A model generated the notes under the pieces. The model worked only from the letters and a program-made list of their open reading frames with translations, was not told the origin of the DNA and did not search any database. DNA of 64,000 nt, from NCBI GenBank assembly GCA_004764695.1, contig SMSO01000032.1, forward strand, positions 1,302,001 to 1,366,000. The letters run 5' to 3'. A program made the translations under genes and the position numbers. Of this stretch, positions 24,913-34,587 are shown one piece after another (the first letter of the stretch is position 1; every line of letters starts with the position of its first letter). The DNA comes from Schizochytrium sp. TIO01. Taxonomy: Eukaryota; Protista; Bigyra: Labyrinthulomycetes.

Positions 24913-26588
24913 ATTCAATGGCTCTTATTACTTCCTAGAAATTACTGAGAAACGCTGCTTCAAGTTGCGTTATCTCAGAAAATAAACAAAACAGAAAGTA
25001 AGAAATTGCAATGAAGTTGCGAGACAAGCTAGAACATGACCCAGGCGGGAGACATTTTGAGGAACTTGTTTACCCGGCTCAACAATAAGGGTGTTTATCT
25101 AATTTGAGACAGATTGTACCTGCTGCGTCATCTACACAAGCATGGATAATCTGGAAAATCAACGATAACATATTTCTGCCTGCGCGTCAGAGTTGCCAAA
25201 TCGTGTGCGTGCGTGCATGCATGCATGCCTGCAGAACGAGGCCCTTTGGTTTATATATGTAAAGGTGCAAAATGCTTGTTTTTGAAAATGTTAAAAAACA
25301 TAGAATGTGCCACTTCGACATAAAAGTTGTGGTCAGGCGATTCATAAATCTCCGCAGGAATCACAGTGAACATCAATCCGTTTGAAGAACTGCAGCTGAG
25401 GCGCAAACTCGAGAGGTGCTATATGCCAACCCTACTCAGTAGATGATGCAGCGTGGCCATGTTAGAATATTGCCTTGTTGTATATCCAGAATTTTAAACT
25501 TGCTAAATCAATTCGGAAGCTGCCTCTTCATTTATCAATTCCATTGATCATTAAAAAGTGATAAACTCTTTAAATCCGGCCAGGTGTACAAGGTTCTACC
25601 ATGTCCATTTTGGCTCCTTTCTTTGTTATAGTTGCTTTGTGCTTCATTTATAAAAGAATAAAAATAATTATAAAAACATAACCGTTTCCCTGGAATACTT
25701 TTTATTTTACAAGCCTGGACCGAAAGAAGCTCGTTTTGCTTGACTTGGTGTCATTGAGGGGGGAAATAATATTGATTCAGAGTAGGAACAGGTTCAAAGT
25801 TTTACTGGTGCGGTGACTGTAACGCAGATACTGCGACACAGTTGTGTCATTTTGAGTATCAAAAATCCCAACGGACATGTCTGTTCATCGAATGCGTAGT
25901 ACGCAACCTGAAGGCACTTCCACAGAGGAGGTAAGAAATGTCTCACTTAACTCATGCAGGCTACTCAAGGTCATAACAACCCCACTTGGTTTGTGAAGAG
26001 GCTGGCTGGAATATGCACTACGCTGTGTAGAAAAACATGAACGGATATGATCCGTTCCAGATTCTCTGTTACCAACAATTGCATCGAATGCATGTATCCG
26101 CTTACGCGCTGTGAAAAACCATAAGGCTTTGTTAATATTCAAAGAGGGAAAATGTATTGAGTGATCAGATGGTTAGATAAGATGAACGTTTCATAAGTTG
26201 GAGGAAACTAACAACTTGGCGAGAAGGGTACATTTCCAATTTGCGAATTTAAACTTAAACGAACATCATTTAATCAAGGAAGCAACTCTTGAAAGGGATC
26301 GGCGGCAAATCTGTTTTTGGCAGTCAGCCTTTGCTTGCTTTGGCTATCAGTCTTGGGCCTTGGTAAGGCAATTGCAGAAGTCTTGGCCTCGAGCATCAAG
26401 CAATAGCTCAGCCCGGCAGTCCACCCGCACTCTTGCAACGTGGACAGACCTCTGTCTTACACAACCTTTTACAGATTGGTAGACGTGTATAGCAAGACCT
26501 TTTCGTTGTTATCAAATTAATAGATAATCGAAGGCGATTCTGATTGCTGTTGAGGAAGGAAAAGAGAATCGTTGAAGCATACTTTAAA
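24008..26588. promoter_or_regulatory. Divergent (probably bidirectional) promoter region between the two channelrhodopsin genes
   Basis: 2.58 kb between two head-to-head ATGs with no credible ORF. The regulatory role is inferred from gene geometry only. Confidence 0.5.
24881..24914. repeat. (AAAT)n microsatellite in the ACR intergenic region
   Basis: About 8 copies. Confidence 0.9.
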
Positions 26589-28496
26589 ATGTCTTCTCTC
26601 GTACTTGGGGCAGGCCAGTGGTTTTCAGAAAGCCTCTCAACACTTAAGCCACGCTTGCTTTCTGTAGATGACGAACTTCCTTCTGGCGTCTTTGGCGCCC
26701 GTTTATGCGTCTTTGTTTGTTCAGCTTTTTTAATTCTCTTTTACTCATTTCAGTTCCAGGCGAAGCGTTGCAACCTCTCTCCAATTTTTGTGCAGCTCGT
26801 CACCGTGACCTACTACTGCATTAGTACATTTGGATCTACTAGTTACCTGGTTCTAAATGTAGAAGACCCGGACAACTCTACCCATTTTCAATTCATGCTG
26901 GGAAGGTACATTTTCTGGATGTTAACTTGTCCTATGATCATCTCCAACCTTTGTGTGCTTTTGAATATCCTGACTCCAGACATGCTTGATTTGGGTCATA
27001 TAACTTTGCTCATGGTCAAGGATATTTTTCTCATGTGCTTTGGAATTCTTGGTGCTGCACAGAGTACGATGGGTATCAAGGCTGCTTTTGTTAGTGCTTC
27101 ATTCCTGTTTGCGGCGTGGCTTGCATACGATATTATCAATCTTGCTATTGCTCGCCGTAAGTACTTTATGGCTCATCAGTACTGCTGGAATTGGATGATC
27201 GTTGTGATCGTTCTATTTATGGTATCATGGACAGTCTTTCCTGTTCTTTTTGTCGTCGGTCCTCCGCTGCTGGACATTTCGAGCTCGGGAGCTGACCAGA
27301 TCGGACATGCTGTAGGAGATTTATTTGCCAAGAACTGCTTCGGCTTTGTAGTTTGGTACGTACGTTTTGTCGTTCTTGAGCCATACACCACACGCAATGC
27401 GATGCATCGTTCCGTTTCTCCCTATGCCTCGAACCTTTCCTCCAAGCAAATCAAACTTGGAGAAATTTCCGACGAGGCCCTGCGAACAAAACGTATCCGT
27501 CGCCACATTGGTCGTCGTAGCCCAGCAGTGCTTATTGTGGAGCCTCGTATCGAGATGCAGCGCCTTTTCAGCCTTATGCTTAACCAGGCAGGAATCATTA
27601 CTGAATTTGCGTTTGACATCAACATGGCTGTTCATATGCTCAAGCGTGATCACCTTGGTACTTATCATGTTGTATTTGTGAACCTTTCAGTGCCTACTGA
27701 AAAGCGCGTTGAAATTCAGCGATTCCGTTCTCACTACCACCGCAAGCCATACTACCTACCAGTACTCGGTTTCACCTTTGAGGAGGATCACATGGTTGAA
27801 GTTCTTGAACGCGAAGAACGTCAGCGCACGATCTGCGACGGTGTAATCCGCCACATTCTTGATGAGAACCACATTTATGAACTTGTAGTTCATTGGAAGG
27901 AGGCTGCAGCTCATTGGCGCGATATTGACATGTCTGCTGACATTGAGCGTAAGCTTTATGAAAACGTACAAGGCATTCATCGTTCGCCAACTGTCCACTC
28001 TGACGATCACAGTGAAGGGTCTTTCCAGGTTGATGACAATCATGACGAAAGTCCGCGGTATCAACAGTCTGGTGTAATGCCCTACGGTGGCTTCGGTCCA
28101 GAAGATGAGTTTGCCTACGGCAATGGGAGCCCCTCCATGACAATGCAGCAACAACCTGGAGCTTTGCCGGGCCAGATATCTGATTTCCCTTCCACGCCTC
28201 GTTCACGAGGACCTGGGTTTCCTGATGATTCGTCAGCTAGGCCCTCGGGTTATCAGCGCTCCCAAAGTTTTACAAGCGGAGATTTTGGTGCTGAGTATGA
28301 CATGTATCCCCGTCAAGACCGCGCTCACATGATGCGTAGGTCCGACTCAGCTCAATCTGGACAGTACAGTCCCCAACAGCAGTTGCAACGCTCCAACTCA
28401 ATGAACAGCTACTCTGCACAGTCTTATAATGATAATGCAGGTATGGGTGCTGGCCCTATGCAAAATGGTGCAATGTTCCGTAACAAATTCTTGTAA
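26589..28496 (+). CDS. ACR2: Anion channelrhodopsin paralog (AlACR2-like) with a C-terminal pseudo-receiver domain; 635 aa from the ATG at 26589
   Basis: Colinear with the 21917-24007 protein: GRYIFWMLTCP, MVKD, helix 6 SWTVFP and TM7 GHAVGDLFAKNCFG (retinal Lys248 at 27330-27332). These are followed by the AVLIVEPRIEMQRLF receiver-like domain and a low-complexity tail. Confidence 0.92.
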   Translation: MSSLVLGAGQWFSESLSTLKPRLLSVDDELPSGVFGARLCVFVCSAFLILFYSFQFQAKRCNLSPIFVQLVTVTYYCISTFGSTSYLVLNVEDPDNSTHFQFMLGRYIFWMLTCPMIISNLCVLLNILTPDMLDLGHITLLMVKDIFLMCFGILGAAQSTMGIKAAFVSASFLFAAWLAYDIINLAIARRKYFMAHQYCWNWMIVVIVLFMVSWTVFPVLFVVGPPLLDISSSGADQIGHAVGDLFAKNCFGFVVWYVRFVVLEPYTTRNAMHRSVSPYASNLSSKQIKLGEISDEALRTKRIRRHIGRRSPAVLIVEPRIEMQRLFSLMLNQAGIITEFAFDINMAVHMLKRDHLGTYHVVFVNLSVPTEKRVEIQRFRSHYHRKPYYLPVLGFTFEEDHMVEVLEREERQRTICDGVIRHILDENHIYELVVHWKEAAAHWRDIDMSADIERKLYENVQGIHRSPTVHSDDHSEGSFQVDDNHDESPRYQQSGVMPYGGFGPEDEFAYGNGSPSMTMQQQPGALPGQISDFPSTPRSRGPGFPDDSSARPSGYQRSQSFTSGDFGAEYDMYPRQDRAHMMRRSDSAQSGQYSPQQQLQRSNSMNSYSAQSYNDNAGMGAGPMQNGAMFRNKFL

Positions 28497-29624
28497 GGAA
28501 CCAGCTTAAGGAATGCTTTTAAAGAAAAAGGCTATCTAAAAATGTACTTCTTGTTTTATTCCTCTCTTACGTTGCTTAGTTGTTGCGTGAAACACCGCGA
28601 GCTCCCCGGTGCTTGAATTGTACTAGCGCTTCTGGCGAGTAAACTTAAACCGAATTGCATTATCATTGGATTTTTATTTTTTTAATGACGAATGCAGCAA
28701 CGTTCTTCTCGTTGATAGATGTGGCAATCTAGTCCTTATTTTCATGCCCAACGTACGATTACGTTTTCCATTTCTGTATAAAATTTCCTGTTTCTCATTC
28801 ATGTTGTTGCTTAATGAGATGTACACCCTTCTGCCTTTTCTCTGGGGTTTCTCGTTCCATCGCTATTATTTTCGAAACAGAGCGAACAGTAAAAAGCGAA
28901 GAACCCCCAAGACAACCACTTTACTATGTAACCGCAGATTCAGAATTCCCAGAAAACTGTCATCCTACGCAGCAGCACAGCTGATTGTTGGGACTATGCC
29001 AATCTTATTTGCCTTACGAAACTTTCTCCTGAGTAAGCCCGAAATCAAGTATTGTCAACCATTGCCATGAGCTTTATTTCAATAAGAACCACAAGCTTAA
29101 GGTTGCGCCACAACATCTGATTACTATATTTTACATTTGAAAAGGAGCAAAATAAAAGCAAAAATAAAAACAAAAAGGAGAAGTAGCACTATTTAGATTT
29201 TATATATAGGCCTGCTTTATAATTCTATTTGAAAAATTGAAACTCCCCAGAAAAACAGAAACAGATAGTAGTAAGTAGGTAGGTAGGTACTACCTAATAC
29301 ACCAGTTTTAATTGAGTAACCAAAACTTAAGAAGATAACCAACTAGACCCGTGCCGAACAAATGGTAACAGGCCTCAACAACAGCCCCATAGTCAATTTA
29401 AATTTAACCTCTGCGGTACGAGAGCCAATTTTTGGCTTTCTTGTTCCCAACTCAGAAAACAGGTATTGTTTCCCCCGAAATATTCTCTACTCGCACTGCT
29501 CTAGAAATGCTAAAAGTTTTACCTATCAACAGCCTCCCAAAACGACGAGGAAACACTAGAATTTATCAAACTCCAAACATATTACTCAGCAGCCCCTTCT
29601 TCGCAAGCGCTGCCAGGGCGCTTC

Positions 29625-30536
29625 ATGTCGGTCAGCACTGGCCGCGACTCTGGCGTAGGCCTTCCGCGCTCCGCCGTTGCCACTCTTGCAGGTGGCTACA
29701 TCTTCGTCTTAGGTGTAGCTGCTGGCCAACTGGCTGGATTCGCAGCAGGATTGAGCTGCGCCGTGCCGCTGGCTAGCTCTGTCGCAGGCGCCACCGTGGT
29801 GTCTTGTGCCGCTGTAGCATCATGTTCAGTAGCTCTCAATATCTCCGGATCGTCCTCGTCTTCCTCGCAGGCTGTCTCCTCGGCGAGCCCTGCCGCTGAT
29901 TCTTTTGTTTGTGACGGTAGTTCTGGTTTCCACGAACGTCGCATTTCGGCGCTCTTGAGTTTAGAAGATGTCGCTTCGGCGGTATCTTGCACGGCCGGCA
30001 AGTACTTTGACGCCTCTGGTCCATCCGTTGAGCAGCTATGGTGGGCTTCGGCAGCGCTGGCAGTCTACCGTTTACTCGGGGGGCGATTTGCGGCGGTCAT
30101 GCCAAGCGACCTCCTCAAGCCCGGCGCCTTTGCTCGTGAGAGCCTTCCTGCAGGTCGCCGTTACGCAAACACTGCACAGCGACAAGAAGTCGTTCGCATC
30201 GGTCGCTCCCGAGGTTGCCATTCTTGCGGCAGTCGCCGCCCAGGTGCGAGCGGATTCCATGCGGATCACATGCCACCTTCTAAGCTACGAGCTGTTCGCG
30301 AGGCAAAGCTGCCACTGCGTATCTTCAACATGCAGGTGCCACAGGTTTTCCTGCCGCAGTGTGCACAGTGCTCTGCCCTCCAGGCCTTTGCGGCAAGACA
30401 ATGGAACTCGATGTCACTGCGTAGACATGCTGCACTGCGACTTCACATCGCTGCGCTACGCCCGTATCACCTCACTGGAATTGTGGTTTGTGCAGGGGTC
30501 CTTGCAGGAGTCCCCACGAATGCACGCACACACTGA
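29625..30536 (+). CDS. Membrane-associated protein with an HNH/His-Me-finger-like zinc-binding domain
   Basis: 303-aa ORF with good coding character. It has Ala/Gly-rich hydrophobic N-terminal segments, then GCHSCG-x(9)-HADHMPP-...-PQCAQCS..Q, and a hydrophobic C-terminus. Confidence 0.65.
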   Translation: MSVSTGRDSGVGLPRSAVATLAGGYIFVLGVAAGQLAGFAAGLSCAVPLASSVAGATVVSCAAVASCSVALNISGSSSSSSQAVSSASPAADSFVCDGSSGFHERRISALLSLEDVASAVSCTAGKYFDASGPSVEQLWWASAALAVYRLLGGRFAAVMPSDLLKPGAFARESLPAGRRYANTAQRQEVVRIGRSRGCHSCGSRRPGASGFHADHMPPSKLRAVREAKLPLRIFNMQVPQVFLPQCAQCSALQAFAARQWNSMSLRRHAALRLHIAALRPYHLTGIVVCAGVLAGVPTNARTH

Positions 30537-32520
30537 TAGAAAACAATAGTTGCTCTAGCCTTCCCCTTAGTGCACACTGTCTTGACCAAATGCACGAGCT
30601 CACTAATCTGTGGATTTATATCAAGGCATCGTGGAGCTCAGAGGAGGCCGCGTGCTTGATAAGCATTGCGTGTGATCACCAGCTAATACTGAAAATGGGG
30701 TGGATCTTGTGGGGTCAACGAACACGAGGAGCTTTGACTCTTGCTGACAGCCATCAACTTGATCAATAGAAGCGTGCTTTCCGAAGGCGTCCGGGCCTGC
30801 TGCGGCTGCCTCTCGCTGACTCCTTCTCTTCCCAGATTATAAAAGCACCATCTAAGGAGATGGATGGTGTGTACCCAGGAAGAAGGAGTCAACGGAGACC
30901 CTTAGCGGAGCTTCAAGCGTTGCTATTCCGGATGCTAATTCTGGTGAACCATCGATTAAGACGCGTCTCTGAGGTTCATTGGTTCTTCAAGTTGGGTCTG
31001 GGAAACGTTTGCGACGAGGCAGAGCATTGCAGGTCTGGCGAAGACAGTGCCTCTGGGCAGAGGTGAGAGAGGCGAGCAGAACTCGATGGCAGGGGAGGTG
31101 TTGGATGAGCCTCAGCTACCGAAGCACAAACAAACGGGCTACCAGCCTCTAGAGAAAGCAAGCAAGCGAGAGTCTAGCTACCTAGCTATCTAGACAGAGC
31201 CAACCTGCTAGCTGGCTATAGCTGTCTCTCTCCAGGCGAGAGTGGCGGCGGATGCATGGAGCGAGAAAACTATGAAGTATTCCGAAGCTAGCCAAGGTTT
31301 ATAGCGACTTCTTGGGCTCGCGATAGCTCTCTTCAGCTTGAGTCATCGAAAAGTTGCTGGCGTCACTTGAAAAGAAGCGAAGTGAAACTGGGAACCTGAA
31401 GCAAAGAGGCCTGTAGGAAGCTATTGTTTCTAACTGGAAAGTACGACTGTTCAGTGGACCTCGTCTCTAGGAATCACTGTCCTCTGCAAGGAGCCCGAAG
31501 GAAATAACGACGCTGAAAGGTCTCATTTGGAGCAAACAGATCAAGTCTGTAGCTGCTCCAGCAGGCCCGGCCGGTGGGATCGAGATTATCTGGTAGACCC
31601 TCGGAGAAACTGAGGAGATCTTGATGTCTTCTTTGCGGAGGGAAAAGACCTCGCTTGCAGTTGCTTGCTTACCTCGATAGGGAAGTGGCATCTGCTAGTA
31701 GATGGTCGAGTTTCAATGACCAAGATAAAGGAATAGTTTCCTAGTGAGATTTGAGCGACAGATTTATGTCTAGGGAGTCGAGGGAAAGTAAAGTTGATTA
31801 TTAGTGTGCTAAAACTTGAAGTCATCGTCATGAGACCGATCTACGCTCTTAAATTGTACTGAAGCTTGGAACAGAGAAAGGAACTTGAATAGCAGTTCGG
31901 TTTCGCGGAACAAGAAGCTCACAGATCCAGCGCTTTTGGGCTGGTTTAGCGAACTGCTTCTGACTTGGTGGAGCTGAGCTCCTTGAGTATGACACTATTA
32001 TAGGAAGAAAGCAAAGCAAGACACATCACTAGAAAATGAATGTAGCACGAATCATTTTCTCAGTACAATCTAGGCTATTCCTAAAGAATTGATGGTGATG
32101 AACTTAAGGGATGAAGAGCCACGCAGCTTTTGCATTAAAATAGACAATGTTCTTGAAAGAGAGTTCACCAAGCTGATTGAGAGCTAAGACCAGCTTGAGT
32201 CTTAGGTGAGGAGGAGTAAAGAAGAAGTTCCCCAGGACTATCTAGCCCTTCTATAACTTGAAAAGTGTTTCTCAGTGTTGGTAGGCGAACTTGACGCACT
32301 GCGCTGACCTTTAGGTCCAGCTTAAATTTAATGGTCAAAGATGAGGCGGAGCCTGCATTCATAAAGATAAGCCTCCACTCTGATACACACTGCTAAGGCG
32401 AAATAGCTTTGTTGTCTTGCCGAAGCGTGGCAAACCCAAATCACTCAAGTGCCCTTCTTCGAGGTGCTGACAGGCCAGAACATATTAAAATTGCTACAAA
32501 GACGTGCGTATTGAGTAAAT

Positions 32521-33648
32521 ATGGCCTCTATGAACGAGAACTCAGTCAGAGAAAGCAAGCTCGCCAACGAATATGAGGAAACTCATAGTGATGATGGCAA
32601 CAGCACGATCACCGGCGAAGATGCCACACACTATGGTGACTCACAAGCGCAGGATGATGTCCCTTCGCTGCATGATGATGCCACCAACGAGAATAACGGG
32701 GACGATATAAAGGTCGACATGAAAACCTACAGAAGTCATAATGAGCAACCGAGCTCAGCAGATAGCCATTATGAAAATGCTCCTCAATCACGAAAGAACA
32801 AAAGCTGGGATCACTCAAATAGTCATCGCCCTGAGTCGGTAGAGTCTCACAACCATGACCATCACAAAAACTCCACTTTCAACTACCGTGAAGGCCTTGA
32901 GGAGCTGAAACCTGACTTTAACAAGGTAAGGGAGGCAGCACCTGGAGTTGCTGAAGCACTTGGTGTCAACTTCCGTGCTAACTCGGTGGGAGCCGTGAAG
33001 AAGGCGCTCAACTTCTTGATCTATACACGTGTTCTCCAGTTCATCTTTTCTATTTTAGCTTGGGCAACTCTGGCAGCTGCCATTCAAGACTTCAAGACAA
33101 CTCTCGACGATATCGGCCAGGGAAGTATTGATTCAACACCATTTCTATCTGGTGTTATCTACGCGCTCGTGCTTATGGCTTTACTCACTGTCTTTTCAAT
33201 TCTCACGGGCCTCGCTGGGTTTCTCCTTCTCGGAGGCAACTACAACACAGAGACCCATGTGAAAGTCTTTGCTCGCTTCATGGCAGCAATGGACCTGATG
33301 TTTGTGTTTCTGACCTTTTCTGCCTTTTCATCTTGTGCAACCTCTACCATGGTCATTTCTGGTTTTGCTGATATGAACGGGGTGGAATTTGGCTCCGGCA
33401 AAGCAGCAGCGGGGGCTTCTTTTACTATTATCTCCTGGCTTACGTTGTGCTACTCCGCTGCTTTGGCGACGACAGTAAACTTGGGTCGTAACTATCTTTT
33501 GCGACCTACAGACTTTGAGCGCCCCAATGCCCGGACTATGAGCAGCTCTCAATCAAGCGATGCAAACCGCAGTAGCCATAACTTTCACGAAACCCAGAAA
33601 TACGCCCGCAATGACTTGAATGATAACACTACTGTAGCTGAGGTTTAA
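32521..33648 (+). CDS. Four-transmembrane MARVEL/CASP-like protein (paralog B) with a long acidic N-terminal tail
   Basis: 375-aa ORF containing TRVLQFIFS, GFLLL..N...KVF, MDLMFVFLTFSAFSSCA and AGASF. It aligns motif by motif with the 16158-16799 protein. Confidence 0.75.
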   Translation: MASMNENSVRESKLANEYEETHSDDGNSTITGEDATHYGDSQAQDDVPSLHDDATNENNGDDIKVDMKTYRSHNEQPSSADSHYENAPQSRKNKSWDHSNSHRPESVESHNHDHHKNSTFNYREGLEELKPDFNKVREAAPGVAEALGVNFRANSVGAVKKALNFLIYTRVLQFIFSILAWATLAAAIQDFKTTLDDIGQGSIDSTPFLSGVIYALVLMALLTVFSILTGLAGFLLLGGNYNTETHVKVFARFMAAMDLMFVFLTFSAFSSCATSTMVISGFADMNGVEFGSGKAAAGASFTIISWLTLCYSAALATTVNLGRNYLLRPTDFERPNARTMSSSQSSDANRSSHNFHETQKYARNDLNDNTTVAEV

Positions 33649-34587
33649 AAGGAAGGTGGTTTACACGAACCCCGTAAAACCTTCAACACCAAAATTCATT
33701 CAAAACTGCAACCCTCTCTTAAATAACTGTCAATATTTTCATGCAAGTTTCTATTCTTGCGGTCCTTTACTTGAGTAAAAGAATTTAAAAAGAAAGGATA
33801 TGCGTCATGGTACGTCACCGTTCGGTTTTCGTGTTGTAAATTGTTTCTTTTTCCTATCACCCGCATGAGACAAATCAATACGGAAAAGCCGCTGGGAACA
33901 TTATTTTTGGTATTCTAAAAGAAAAAGGAAAAAAGAGAAGGGTACCCATCATTTAGATCTCATCAAATTTTAAAACAATGCGACAAGCAAGGTGAGGTTT
34001 GATCGAAAGTTCTACCAAATGTTCTGCTGTATGTGAAGTAGCCTAAGTTTTTTAAGAATAATATTTCCTGTCCTTTTCTGGTGAAAATCATTATAATCTT
34101 TAAGATGTAAGTATGTATCTGGTTCGAGGAGGTTGCAACGAGGCATTTAAACAGGCGACCGCAAGATAAATGTCATACGACCTTTTTTTACTTTGGAGTC
34201 TTTCTAGAGGAGTTTAAAGATCAGAAGGACAATCAATGCAAACTCAGCATGAAGATATAAAGATTGTAAACATTCCTTTTTTATTTAAAATGGAGAAGAC
34301 ACAGGTTTTTGTATTGATCTTGTACAGATTGTTGAGTCAAACAGAGTAATGGCTAGTACGGTCGGTCAGATCGGTATTAGATGTAGATTCATTCAAGTCA
34401 GCTGCTTCAAGCAAGCGGGATATGTGGTGGCATGTTAAAACACAAAGAAAGATATCAAAAGAAGGTCAGGATGTAAAGCTCTCTAATAGAACTCTACAGG
34501 CGCATGACACTACCACACTATGCTTTTGCTGAAGTTTGGCAATCAACGAGTCAGAATGTACCGCCATTGGACAAAAGGGAAAGGTTA

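Noticed and set aside
24172-26465. Shared 11-mer CTTACACAACC near both ACR starts
   Set aside because: It lies in opposite orientation relative to the two genes, and a match of this length is plausible by chance in 2.6 kb.
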